A stretch of DNA of 64,000 nucleotides from positions 960,001 to 1,024,000 of the forward strand of contig CBDCTZ010000014.1 of assembly GCA_965222375.1 (NCBI GenBank), written 5' to 3'. Positions 47,625 to 56,487 of this stretch are shown here, one piece after another. A program made the position numbers and the translations under genes. The notes below the pieces were generated by a model that saw only the letters and a program-made list of their open reading frames with translations, did no database searches and was not told the origin of the DNA. Position 1 is the first letter of the stretch. Each line of letters starts with the position of its first letter. This stretch comes from Polyangiaceae bacterium (lineage in GTDB: Bacteria; Myxococcota_A; Polyangia; Polyangiales; Polyangiaceae).

Positions 47625-48545
47625 CTAGCTTCCCTTGATGGGGCGCAGAGTCACGTGGGGGCAGGTGGCATACAGACCCCGCGCGCCCAGAGGGTCGAGA
47701 CTGAGGTTAGCCCTCGCCGCCAGCTGTCGGAGTTCGCTTTCGGTGAACAGGTGCACGAAGCCGCGGTGTGTCATGAGGTCGCCGGGCTCCGCCGAAATGA
47801 CATTTCGGCGCAGACGTGCTGCGAGGCGCCCGGTGGCGTCCCATAGCCGACCCCGGGGCCGACCCGCGCCGCGTCCCTCGCTCTGAAGCCAGAAGCTCAC
47901 GAGGATCGGACCGTCAGGGCAGAGCCGGGTGAGGCGTTGTAGCAGCGCCTGGCGTGTCCGCGCGTCGGGCAAATGAGTGAAGCTCACCCAGCCCAACAGC
48001 ACTGCATCGTAGGGCGAGTGCGATTCCACCCACTCGACGAAGGAATGCTCTGGCTCCCCGTGTGGATTGACCAATGCCTCGTAGCTTCCGCGGACCAACG
48101 AAACCTGCTGCGGTAGGTCGGCTTCGCGCAAGAACTTCAGAACGGGGTCGAAACCAAACACCTTGTGGCCCCGGCTCTGAAGATGGCGCGCCTCGCGCCC
48201 CGAGCCCGCACCACCAACGAGGATCTTGCTCGGTGCGCTCGGGAGCCCAAATGCAAACCAGTCCGATTCCCAGGGATGAAGGTCGTCCACCCGCCCAGGT
48301 CCGCCGCGCGCATACAGCTGTCGCGTCAGTGCTGACAGCTCCGAAGGCGTCAGGCAGCTCAGGGCGGCGGCACCCAGGATTCCTTCCAGGCGCTCTACCG
48401 TTCGCATCAGCGCGGCCTCGGCACGGAATGCCAGCGAAAACGGCAATGGGGCTCGGGCCTTTCGCATTGGGTTGAGAATGCTACCACTCCGACTCATCCG
48501 GTGCGCCACCTGCTTTAGCCAGCTCAACTCGGAATTGGGGCGCAT
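47625..48545 (-). CDS. Class I SAM-dependent methyltransferase
   Basis: ILVGGAGSGRE, GFDP and YDAVLLGW; start uncertain. Confidence 0.78.
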   Translation of the reverse strand: MRPNSELSWLKQVAHRMSRSGSILNPMRKARAPLPFSLAFRAEAALMRTVERLEGILGAAALSCLTPSELSALTRQLYARGGPGRVDDLHPWESDWFAFGLPSAPSKILVGGAGSGREARHLQSRGHKVFGFDPVLKFLREADLPQQVSLVRGSYEALVNPHGEPEHSFVEWVESHSPYDAVLLGWVSFTHLPDARTRQALLQRLTRLCPDGPILVSFWLQSEGRGAGRPRGRLWDATGRLAARLRRNVISAEPGDLMTHRGFVHLFTESELRQLAARANLSLDPLGARGLYATCPHVTLRPIKGS

Positions 48546-48633
48546 GGCTGTGGCGAGGCTGTGCCCAGAACTCGCGGCGGCGCGCGGCCGCAGGGGCGTA
48601 CTGGTCCCGACTCGAGAAAAGTATTGCCGGCAA

Positions 48634-49650
48634 CTACGCCGAAAAGGCGCACTCCGAGCACTCGTAGACCCGATGCGTCAACTCCTCTAGCGCAAGGCTT
48701 CCGTTTGCCTCGGATAGATCAAGGCGCTGCGTCGATGTCGGCAGGCGACCTCGATACGAGCCGCGCGTCAGCAACGTCAACCTCTCCCGACCCAGCGCCA
48801 CGACGGGGTGCTGCTCGCAGAACCGAATCAAGGATGGGGTTGAGCTGAAGCGGAGGCTCAAGCAACGGCGTGAACTCGGGAAGGTGCGTACGTGGCTCCC
48901 CCACAGGAGTTTGTGTTGCGCGAGGCCGTCGCTGAGAATCGGAAGCGCAGCGACCAGGTCTGTCGCGGCGAAACCGAAACGTCGGCTCAGGTCAAAGACC
49001 GCGACGTAGGGTGCCGCGCGAATGAATGCCGGCGCGCCTTCGGCGTAGCCCAGGTGTGAAAACCAGCTCTCTCCAGCGTGAACAGGGCTGCGGCAGAACA
49101 GTCCGCCTGCGACCGGGGTGCGGTCCTTTTCGATTAGGACCAACCAGCCTCGCCTGGCGTTGTCAATCGCGTCCTCAAGCGGGCTGGGGTTCCCTTCCGG
49201 GTTTCTCCTGGCATGAGTCGGCAGGTACAGGGTCTCGTAGAAGCTCTGCACCTGACGGTGGCTCCTGGACACGCTGAGCTCCAGCCCTTCCCTTGTCAAC
49301 CGAGGTAGGCGCCACTCTCGCCTGATCCGGGGACCGGGATCCCGTGGCACGAAGAAATCCAGGTGAAGCGGCACAACGAGCTTGCCACTTCGCGCAGCCC
49401 GGGGCGCCGCATCGACGTCGAGTTCGGAGATCAGCAGCTCCGCTGACGAAGAGCCCTCGCCGGTGGGCGTGCCCGCGACCGCGCGGCGAAGCCGTGCGGC
49501 CAGAGCAGAGTCTCTCGTCTGCAATTCCACGCCCAGGTTGCCGCCCTGCACCGAGACGGACCAGTGGAGGGAGTCCGCCGCTCGCGTGCGCTGGGTCACT
49601 CGCCGGCAGAGGCCGAGAATATCGCGCCGGGGCCGCGTCAGGATACTCAT
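48634..49650 (-). CDS. FemAB/GNAT-like acyltransferase, paralog 4
   Basis: FYETLYLPTHARRNP, PVAGGL and LPILSDGLAQHKLLWG. Confidence 0.6.
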   Translation of the reverse strand: MSILTRPRRDILGLCRRVTQRTRAADSLHWSVSVQGGNLGVELQTRDSALAARLRRAVAGTPTGEGSSSAELLISELDVDAAPRAARSGKLVVPLHLDFFVPRDPGPRIRREWRLPRLTREGLELSVSRSHRQVQSFYETLYLPTHARRNPEGNPSPLEDAIDNARRGWLVLIEKDRTPVAGGLFCRSPVHAGESWFSHLGYAEGAPAFIRAAPYVAVFDLSRRFGFAATDLVAALPILSDGLAQHKLLWGSHVRTFPSSRRCLSLRFSSTPSLIRFCEQHPVVALGRERLTLLTRGSYRGRLPTSTQRLDLSEANGSLALEELTHRVYECSECAFSA

Positions 49651-49731
49651 GGCAGTGAGAGTCCAAAGCTATCACGCCCCATCCCGGGCGGCGATTGCGC
49701 GATCTGTCCTAGTGCCGTAGCTTGAAGCCGC

Positions 49732-51798
49732 ATGTTGGTGACTCTGCGGCGCCCCGCGAAAGAGCCCCCGGCTCGCACGCTGCGGGCGGCACGCCGGGTG
49801 GCGTTGGTGTGCATGCCCTTCGCGGACCCGCGGTATCCTTCCATTGGTCTTTCGCTGTTGGCCGAAGCCACCCGGGCGCGTGGGCACCACGTCGACACGT
49901 TCAACTTGCACCTGGAGACCGCAGCGCGTCTGGGGCTGGAACCCTACTATCGACTCGAGGGCGGTACGTCTTGGTACAACCTGACGGGCGAGTGGCTGTT
50001 CTCTCATCCAAGCATCACTCCCGGCGCGGCTTCGGAAGAGGAGATGCGGCAGCACCTTGGGCCTTTCACCGGTCACTTCGAAGTCGACATGGGCTACTTC
50101 GAGGGCACCCCTCAGGGCTCGGGTGGTGTGATGCTCCACGACGCCATGGGCCTGGGCCAAACGCGAGTCGAACTCGAGCGTCTCATAGACGAGTGGTGCG
50201 AGCGAATTGACTTTGGTCAATACGACATCGTCGGTTTCACCGTCGTGTTCCAACAGCTCAATGCTTCCCTGCGCTTGGCGCAGAGAATCAAGGAGCGCTA
50301 CCCACACGTGCGCACCGTGCTTGGAGGAGCTGCGCTGGAGCCCCCGATGGGCGACGCGATCGCCGAACGCTGGCAGTGGCTGGATGCGGTTTTCGCTGGC
50401 TTCTCGGACCGCACTTTCCCCGACTACGTGGACGCTCCCGACGGCTGTCCCAGAATCATCCGCCACGAGGGCAGCCCCATCGTGATGGATGAGCTGCCTG
50501 CGCCGAACTACGACGAGTTCTTCGATGCTGTCGACGCATCGGGGCTGAAGGGGCGGATGGAGATTCGCGTGCCCGTCGAGATGTCTCGGGGCTGCTGGTG
50601 GGGCGAGAAGAGCCACTGCACCTTCTGTGGCTTCAACGCCAATGACATGTGGTTCCGCCAGAAGTCCCCGGAGCGCGCCTACCAGGAGCTGAAGAGCCTG
50701 AGCCGCTACGGTGAGGCGGTCTACGTCGTGGACAACATCATTCCCGCCAACTACTTCGACGAGGTCTTTCCTCGCTTTCGCGACGAGGGTTTCAAGATCC
50801 CTGGAGGGTTCTTGTTCACGAAGTCGAACCTGCGGCGGGAGCAGCTGGACTTGTTGAGCGACGCGGGCTTCACGTGGATTCAGCCGGGAATCGAGAGTCT
50901 AACCACGGGGGTGTTGGACCACATGAAGAAAGGTGTGCGCGGCGTTCACAACGCGTGGTTGTTGCGTGCTTGCGAGGAAGTCGAAGTGTACCCGTCTTGG
51001 GCCATCCTCTACGGCTTTCCTGGCGAGCCCCTGGAGGACTACGAGCAGATGGCGGCGCTCCTGCCGAAACTCGCACACCTGCCCGCGCCAACGGGCGCGT
51101 ATCGCATTCTGATGGCGCGCTATAGCCCGATCTTCACGAACGCAGAAAAGCTGGGATTGGCTGAGGTTCGACCGGCGCGAGCCTACGAGCTCGCGTTTGG
51201 TGCGCACCCGACGCTGGAGCGACAGGCCTATACTTTCGATTACAGGATGCCCGCGGGCGAGAGCCCGGATGTGTATGCGGACAGCGTGGTTCAGCAGTCT
51301 GATCGTTGGAACGAGATGCGACTACTGCCCCTCGCGCCACGATGTGAGGTGTTCGAGGTGCTTGGTCGGCGGGTGCTGGTCGACTACCGGGATCTGGAGC
51401 GGGTTGGGCGCGCGCGTCCGCGCCTCGTCGTTCTGAGCGAAGAGCAGTGGCACGTATTGGAGCTTCTGGAGTCGCCTCTGCCGCGTCGACGCCTAAAGGA
51501 ACGCTGGCCCAACACATCGCCCCTTTGGCCCGTGCTCGAGGACTTGATTGCTCGAAGTGTCGTGCTCGAAGCGGACGGAAGATTGGTGCGAATCGCGGTG
51601 GTGCGCCGGCAACCACAGCTCGGACCAGAGCTCGTGCGCGTTCTGAAGGACAAGGCGAGGCAGGTGATGTTTCACGGAGCGCTGAATCACGCGCGGCGTC
51701 GGGCCATGTGGGACGAACTCGTGACTTCCGCTGGCGCGCTTTTGGGTAGAGATGGCCGCCGCGAGCGCCACCGGAATGCACCGACCCCGATGATCTGA
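49732..51798 (+). CDS. RiPP-maturation-type radical SAM C-methyltransferase (TIGR03975-like, B12-binding class B)
   Basis: MPFA...PSIGLSLL, GEWLF, VGFTVVFQQ, SRGCWWGEKSHCTFCG (CX7CX2C), VDNI, IQPGIESL and LYGFPGE. Confidence 0.88.
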   Translation: MLVTLRRPAKEPPARTLRAARRVALVCMPFADPRYPSIGLSLLAEATRARGHHVDTFNLHLETAARLGLEPYYRLEGGTSWYNLTGEWLFSHPSITPGAASEEEMRQHLGPFTGHFEVDMGYFEGTPQGSGGVMLHDAMGLGQTRVELERLIDEWCERIDFGQYDIVGFTVVFQQLNASLRLAQRIKERYPHVRTVLGGAALEPPMGDAIAERWQWLDAVFAGFSDRTFPDYVDAPDGCPRIIRHEGSPIVMDELPAPNYDEFFDAVDASGLKGRMEIRVPVEMSRGCWWGEKSHCTFCGFNANDMWFRQKSPERAYQELKSLSRYGEAVYVVDNIIPANYFDEVFPRFRDEGFKIPGGFLFTKSNLRREQLDLLSDAGFTWIQPGIESLTTGVLDHMKKGVRGVHNAWLLRACEEVEVYPSWAILYGFPGEPLEDYEQMAALLPKLAHLPAPTGAYRILMARYSPIFTNAEKLGLAEVRPARAYELAFGAHPTLERQAYTFDYRMPAGESPDVYADSVVQQSDRWNEMRLLPLAPRCEVFEVLGRRVLVDYRDLERVGRARPRLVVLSEEQWHVLELLESPLPRRRLKERWPNTSPLWPVLEDLIARSVVLEADGRLVRIAVVRRQPQLGPELVRVLKDKARQVMFHGALNHARRRAMWDELVTSAGALLGRDGRRERHRNAPTPMI

Positions 51799-51807
51799 CG
51801 AGCCCCG

Positions 51808-52932
51808 ATGCGATTGCCCCCGCCATCGAATCTGGTTCGCGATGTCGCCCTAGCGCTGCGTTGGCCGGCCTATCACGCGTTCCAGCGCGTGGGGGCACCG
51901 CTTCTGCCCCCGGTGGCAATGAGCTTCGTCGTGACAGATCGATGCAACTCTCGCTGCAAGACCTGCAACATTGGCGCCCGCTACCTGGACAACCCGCTCG
52001 TCGCAGCCGGGGAGCTAGACTTGGAGGACTATCGCCGGCTCTGCGCTTCGCTTCCCGGGTTGCAGTGGCTCACCTTCAGCGGTGGCGAGCCGTTCATACG
52101 TACGGATTTCGAAGCCGTTGTGCTTTCTCTGGTGCGCGCATCCAAACCGCGAATCGTGACCATTCCGACCAATGCGACACTGGTTGATCGCACTACCGAA
52201 GGAGTGCGGCGCATCCTCAGTGGGCTGGGGCCGACACGCTTGGTCCTGAACTTGTCGTGCGACGGAGTCGGGGCGGTTCACGACGACGTGCGAGGCTTCG
52301 CCGGCAACTTCGAAAAGCTGCTCCATGTGCATCGCGAGCTGGCCGACTTGAAGGATGAGCGCCTGATCATAGGCGTCAACAGCGTGCTTTCTAGATACAA
52401 CGTGACGGAGCACGAGGAGCTCTTCGACTTCGTATTCGACGTCCTGCGACCGGATTCGTATGTGGTGGAGGTGGCTCAGCAGCGCCCCGAGTATTACAAC
52501 GAGGGCCAAGACCTCCGCGGCGAAGCGGAAGCACTAGCTGCCGCGCTCGAAAGCTTCGCGAGCCGTGCCCCCGCGCTGGGTCGCGAAGGGGTGCCACGCA
52601 TGGTGCGGGCATTCCGCAAGCACTACTATGCGACCGCACAGCGGGCGCTCAAGAAGCCCGTGCCCCACCGATGCTATGCAGGCTTTGCCACATGTTCGGT
52701 CATGCCTCGAGGCGACGTTTGGTCCAATACCCAGCGTGCGGAGAATATGGGCAACCTACGGGACTTTGGTTGGGACTTCCGGGCACTGTGGCATGGCCCA
52801 AAGGCCAAGCGCGTGCGTCGTGAGGTGAGCCGGAAGCCGTGCGACTGCGAGCTCTCCAACACCGCCTACATCAATTCAGTTTTTTCCTGGTCGTCCCTCT
52901 CGAAGGTGGCGCTCTCCTACGCCGTCGGCTGA
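51808..52932 (+). CDS. Radical SAM protein with C-terminal SPASM/twitch-like domain
   Basis: CNSRCKTC, SGGEPF, PTN and CYAG...PRGDV...MGNLRD...W...CDC. Confidence 0.88.
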   Translation: MRLPPPSNLVRDVALALRWPAYHAFQRVGAPLLPPVAMSFVVTDRCNSRCKTCNIGARYLDNPLVAAGELDLEDYRRLCASLPGLQWLTFSGGEPFIRTDFEAVVLSLVRASKPRIVTIPTNATLVDRTTEGVRRILSGLGPTRLVLNLSCDGVGAVHDDVRGFAGNFEKLLHVHRELADLKDERLIIGVNSVLSRYNVTEHEELFDFVFDVLRPDSYVVEVAQQRPEYYNEGQDLRGEAEALAAALESFASRAPALGREGVPRMVRAFRKHYYATAQRALKKPVPHRCYAGFATCSVMPRGDVWSNTQRAENMGNLRDFGWDFRALWHGPKAKRVRREVSRKPCDCELSNTAYINSVFSWSSLSKVALSYAVG

Positions 52933-53018
52933 ACTGCAACTGCACCGGTTTTCCTAGGCGCTTACGGCGCGAGGCAACTGATGGGTGCAGAGCCTGTCGA
53001 AGCCCACTAGTCTGGCCG

Positions 53019-53726
53019 ATGATGAAGGGCGTCATTCTGGCCGGCGGACTCGGGACTCGGCTCGCCCCCCTCAGCAGGGGGGTGAACAAGCATCTCTTGC
53101 CCGTGGGGGATGTGCCCATGATCCATCATCCCCTGATGCGGCTGAGTGAGGCGGGGCTGACTGACATCTTCGTCGTGTCTAGTGCTGCGGGTGTCAGCGC
53201 CATCTCGGCGGCCCTCGGCAGTGGTCGACAGTTTGGCGTTCAGCTCTGCTATTGCGTTCAGGACGAGCCGCGGGGCATTGCAGACGCATTACGGCAGGCT
53301 GTTAGGGCCGCGGGGCGCGAAGCGTTGTGTGTGATCTTGGGTGACAATGTCTTCGACGCGTCTCTGAGGGAACCCTTGGACCAGCACGCAGCGCAAGGTG
53401 GAGCCCTCGTACTCCTGCGCAAGGTCCCGGACCCGGAGCGGTACGGCGTGGCGCGCTTGGACGGAGAACGGGTGACGGAGATCGTCGAAAAGCCCACCGA
53501 GCACATCGGCGACCTCGCCGTCACTGGCATCTACATCTACGATCGAGCCCTCGCTGCTCACTTGGAGGGGCTCAAGCCTTCCGCCCGCGGTGAATTGGAG
53601 ATCACGGATGTGAATAACGCCTATATTGCCGCGGGTGCGTTGGGTTGGCGTGAACTCGGCGGGCGTTGGATAGACGCCGGCACGTTGAGCGCCTATCGCG
53701 AAGCAAACACCTTGTTCGCGTCATGA
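53019..53726 (+). CDS. rmlA: Glucose-1-phosphate thymidylyltransferase (short form)
   Basis: GVILAGGLGTRLAP, KHLLPV, LGDN, YGV, EKP, SARGELEITD and WIDAGT. Confidence 0.85.
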   Translation: MMKGVILAGGLGTRLAPLSRGVNKHLLPVGDVPMIHHPLMRLSEAGLTDIFVVSSAAGVSAISAALGSGRQFGVQLCYCVQDEPRGIADALRQAVRAAGREALCVILGDNVFDASLREPLDQHAAQGGALVLLRKVPDPERYGVARLDGERVTEIVEKPTEHIGDLAVTGIYIYDRALAAHLEGLKPSARGELEITDVNNAYIAAGALGWRELGGRWIDAGTLSAYREANTLFAS

Positions 53727-54697
53727 CGGCGGCGTTCGTCACCGGTGGTGCCGGTTTCATCGGCAAGCAATTGCTGAGAGATCTCGTTGCCGGTGGCCAT
53801 GCCGTCACCGCCTTGGAACATCGCAGCCGCATTGATGTCCCTGGTGTGACCCAGGTCTCGGGCAGCCTGGAGTCGACCGCAGAACTGGGCGACGTACTCG
53901 AATCTGCGCAGATCGTGTTTCATTCGGCGGCGCTGCTCGAACCCGTCGACGATGCTCACGCCGCGGATGCGATCAATCACCGGGCTACTGTAGCCCTTGC
54001 GGAGGCCGCCGCCGCCGCTGGGGTCAAGAGCTTCGTTTTTCTGAGCAGCATCTCTGCCATCGGGTTCTACGCCAACGCCGGTCTCATGGACGAGAGCTTT
54101 CCGTGCGCTCCTACGACCAACTATGGTCGTAGCAAGCGGGACGCAGAACTCGCGCTCCTCTCCGCCAACTACGACCCAATGCGGCTCGTGATTGTCCGGC
54201 CTCCCACCGTTTATGGACCCGAGGAACGCCGGAACTTCTTGGCTCTCACCCGCGCGGTCGCGAGCAGGCGGGTGTTCATTCCTGGCAGCGGCAAGAACCG
54301 CATGAGCTTCTGCCACGTCGAGAATCTGACTCGAGCTGTGATTGCACTCGGCCTGCTCGATAAGGCTCGAGGCATCGTGCACGTTGCGGATGCGTCGCCG
54401 GTTACCTTCCTCGCGGCGATCGAGACCCTTCGTACCGCACTGGGAAAAGGCGGCGTCTTGCCGCGGCTGCCGATGGCTGCAGCTCAGGCGCTTGCTCGGA
54501 CCGTGGCAGGCCTTTGGGGGGCAGCAGGCCGCCTGCCGCCGCTATCCCCGCGTAGGCTTCGGACTTTGACCGCAGACTGCGCGCTGGATACCGGGAAGTG
54601 TGCGGCTTTGGGAATCCACCCCCATGTCGATTTCGCGTCCGGAGTTGCTCAAACTGTGTCCGCCTATCGGGCGTCAGGCCTGCTCGGAGGCGCATGA
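53723..54697 (+). CDS. NAD-dependent epimerase/dehydratase (extended SDR)
   Basis: VTGGAGFIG, SS, YGRSK and RPPTVYGP; ATGA overlap. Confidence 0.88.
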   Translation: MTAAFVTGGAGFIGKQLLRDLVAGGHAVTALEHRSRIDVPGVTQVSGSLESTAELGDVLESAQIVFHSAALLEPVDDAHAADAINHRATVALAEAAAAAGVKSFVFLSSISAIGFYANAGLMDESFPCAPTTNYGRSKRDAELALLSANYDPMRLVIVRPPTVYGPEERRNFLALTRAVASRRVFIPGSGKNRMSFCHVENLTRAVIALGLLDKARGIVHVADASPVTFLAAIETLRTALGKGGVLPRLPMAAAQALARTVAGLWGAAGRLPPLSPRRLRTLTADCALDTGKCAALGIHPHVDFASGVAQTVSAYRASGLLGGA

Positions 54698-56487
54698 AGC
54701 GTCGCGCGAAGAAGCCACGTCCGTCGAAGGCTGGTTCGAAAAAGGCAGCTCCAACCACCCGAATTGAATGGGTGTCGCCGCGAATGCTCGTGGTCGTGTT
54801 CCTGGCAGCCGTCGTCCCTTACCTTCGTACCTGGAGCTTCGAGTACACCTACGATGACCACAGCCATGTGGTGAGGAATCCGTTTCTGCAAGATCCGTCC
54901 AACGCTTGGGCGCTCTTGTCTCGCTACTTCCAATTGGAGGTGCCAGATCAGAATCGCCCCGTGCTGCTTTTGTCCCACTTCTTGGACCGCGCTCTTGGCG
55001 GGGGCGCGGCGGGCGTGCCCCACCTTCAGAGCGCACTTTGGCATGGCATCGCGTCGGTGTTGGTGTCGCGCCTGGGGCGGGAGCTCGGACTACGCGCACA
55101 CGTAGCCTTCGCGGCGGGCTTGCTGTTCGCGCTACACCCAGCTCTAGCGGAGGCCGTGGCAGGTATAAGCAACCGGGAAGACGTGTTGGCGACGGTCTTT
55201 GCCTTGGCGGCACTCCTGCTCGCCAAGCGCGCGCTGCCCGGTCGTCTCGGCGCTGCCGCCGCTGCGGTGCTCTGTTTCGCACTCGCCGTCTTTTCGAAGG
55301 AAGTGGCGGTGGTGCTTCCGTTGTTGTTCGTGTTTGCGCTTGTGTGGCTTCGTCCCTGGGGTTCGGAGGCGACTCGCCGGTCGGTCGTCGCGCTAGGTGT
55401 TGGCGCTTCTATCGTGCTGGGCGGCTGGCTGACCGTACAGCTGCGCCTGGGAACACCCGGGCTGAAGCGGGACGCGGGAGCAGCCCCGCTACAGCAAGCG
55501 TTTCACTCCAGCACGGTCCAAGCACCGCTGTCCGCCGTCACGAGCCCTCTGGCGGTGTCGGCCTTCGCATACACAGTTGCCGAAACGCCCGCGGCACAAG
55601 GGCGAGACGTGCACGTCCGTCTCGGGCTGCACCACGCGCTGCCTCTCGAGGCATTTCGATTGGTCCAGCTCACGGTTGGCTATCCGACGTCGAGCGAGTA
55701 CGACCTAGCTGTTTTCAAGCGCCCGCTGGCCTGGGCAGTGAGTTTGCTCGTGCTTTTCGGCGTGGCCGCCGGGGGCCTTCGTGTGCGAAGGTCCGCGCCA
55801 GTCGCTTTTGTCAGCCTTCTCTTCGCGTGCGTTGCAACCGTGCCCGTCCTGGCCCCGCCGCTCTTGATCAATCCCCTCGCGGATCGCTTCCTGTACCTCC
55901 CGGCCGTGGGTGGGTGTTGGGTGCTATCCTGGTGTCTGCTGGACGGGATCCCTGCCTGGGCCGGCAAGGACGTGCGGGACGTCGGACTGCCTCTGCTCCT
56001 GCTTTGGCTCGGGGGCTTCTTTGCCCTCGGCATCTCGTCGATTGGGCGTTGGAAAAACGACGTTGCGCTCTTCTCGCACGCAGCCAAGTGGGCGCCGAAG
56101 TCCGCTCGAGTGCATCAGAACCTGGGCGCTGCACTGCTCGAGCGCAAGCAAATCGTCGCTGCGGAAGCTGCGTTGCTTCGGGCAGTGCGCCTGGACCCGT
56201 CTCTCATCGCAGCCCACTACAATCTGGGCCGGCTTTCGGAGCGGGCGAACCGACGCCGAGCCGCGATCGAGCACTATCAGGCCGGGCTTGGCCAACGTTC
56301 GGTTCGGGGGGAGCTGCCGCTGCGGGAGAGGACGCTGATGCGCCTAGGGCGTCTGCTCTTGCGGGCGAGGCGCTATGACACTTTGGAGCGAGCGCTGCAC
56401 GCCGAGCGTGCCGCCCACCCGGACAACGGTGCCATTGCCGAACTCGCGGCGCGGCTCGAAGCTGCCCGCTCCAGCGCGAAGAGGTGA
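54694..56487 (+). CDS. TMTC-like GT-C protein O-glycosyltransferase with C-terminal TPRs
   Basis: YDD..VVRNP, RP, LFALHP..EAV..ISNR, SKE, ADRFLYLP, WKND..LF and TPR repeats. Confidence 0.82.
   Translation: MKRRAKKPRPSKAGSKKAAPTTRIEWVSPRMLVVVFLAAVVPYLRTWSFEYTYDDHSHVVRNPFLQDPSNAWALLSRYFQLEVPDQNRPVLLLSHFLDRALGGGAAGVPHLQSALWHGIASVLVSRLGRELGLRAHVAFAAGLLFALHPALAEAVAGISNREDVLATVFALAALLLAKRALPGRLGAAAAAVLCFALAVFSKEVAVVLPLLFVFALVWLRPWGSEATRRSVVALGVGASIVLGGWLTVQLRLGTPGLKRDAGAAPLQQAFHSSTVQAPLSAVTSPLAVSAFAYTVAETPAAQGRDVHVRLGLHHALPLEAFRLVQLTVGYPTSSEYDLAVFKRPLAWAVSLLVLFGVAAGGLRVRRSAPVAFVSLLFACVATVPVLAPPLLINPLADRFLYLPAVGGCWVLSWCLLDGIPAWAGKDVRDVGLPLLLLWLGGFFALGISSIGRWKNDVALFSHAAKWAPKSARVHQNLGAALLERKQIVAAEAALLRAVRLDPSLIAAHYNLGRLSERANRRRAAIEHYQAGLGQRSVRGELPLRERTLMRLGRLLLRARRYDTLERALHAERAAHPDNGAIAELAARLEAARSSAKR

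Noticed and set aside
48546..53018. RiPP precursor peptide near the radical SAM genes
   Set aside because: Intergenic gaps are under 100 nt and hold no convincing short ORF with RBS or leader; a distant precursor cannot be excluded
54906..56378. Long alternative-frame and antisense ORFs (this 490-aa ORF, 15359-16459, 18631-19731, 10357-11397 and others)
   Set aside because: They overlap well-supported genes, are Arg/Pro/Ala-rich without motifs, and are expected shadows in high-GC DNA
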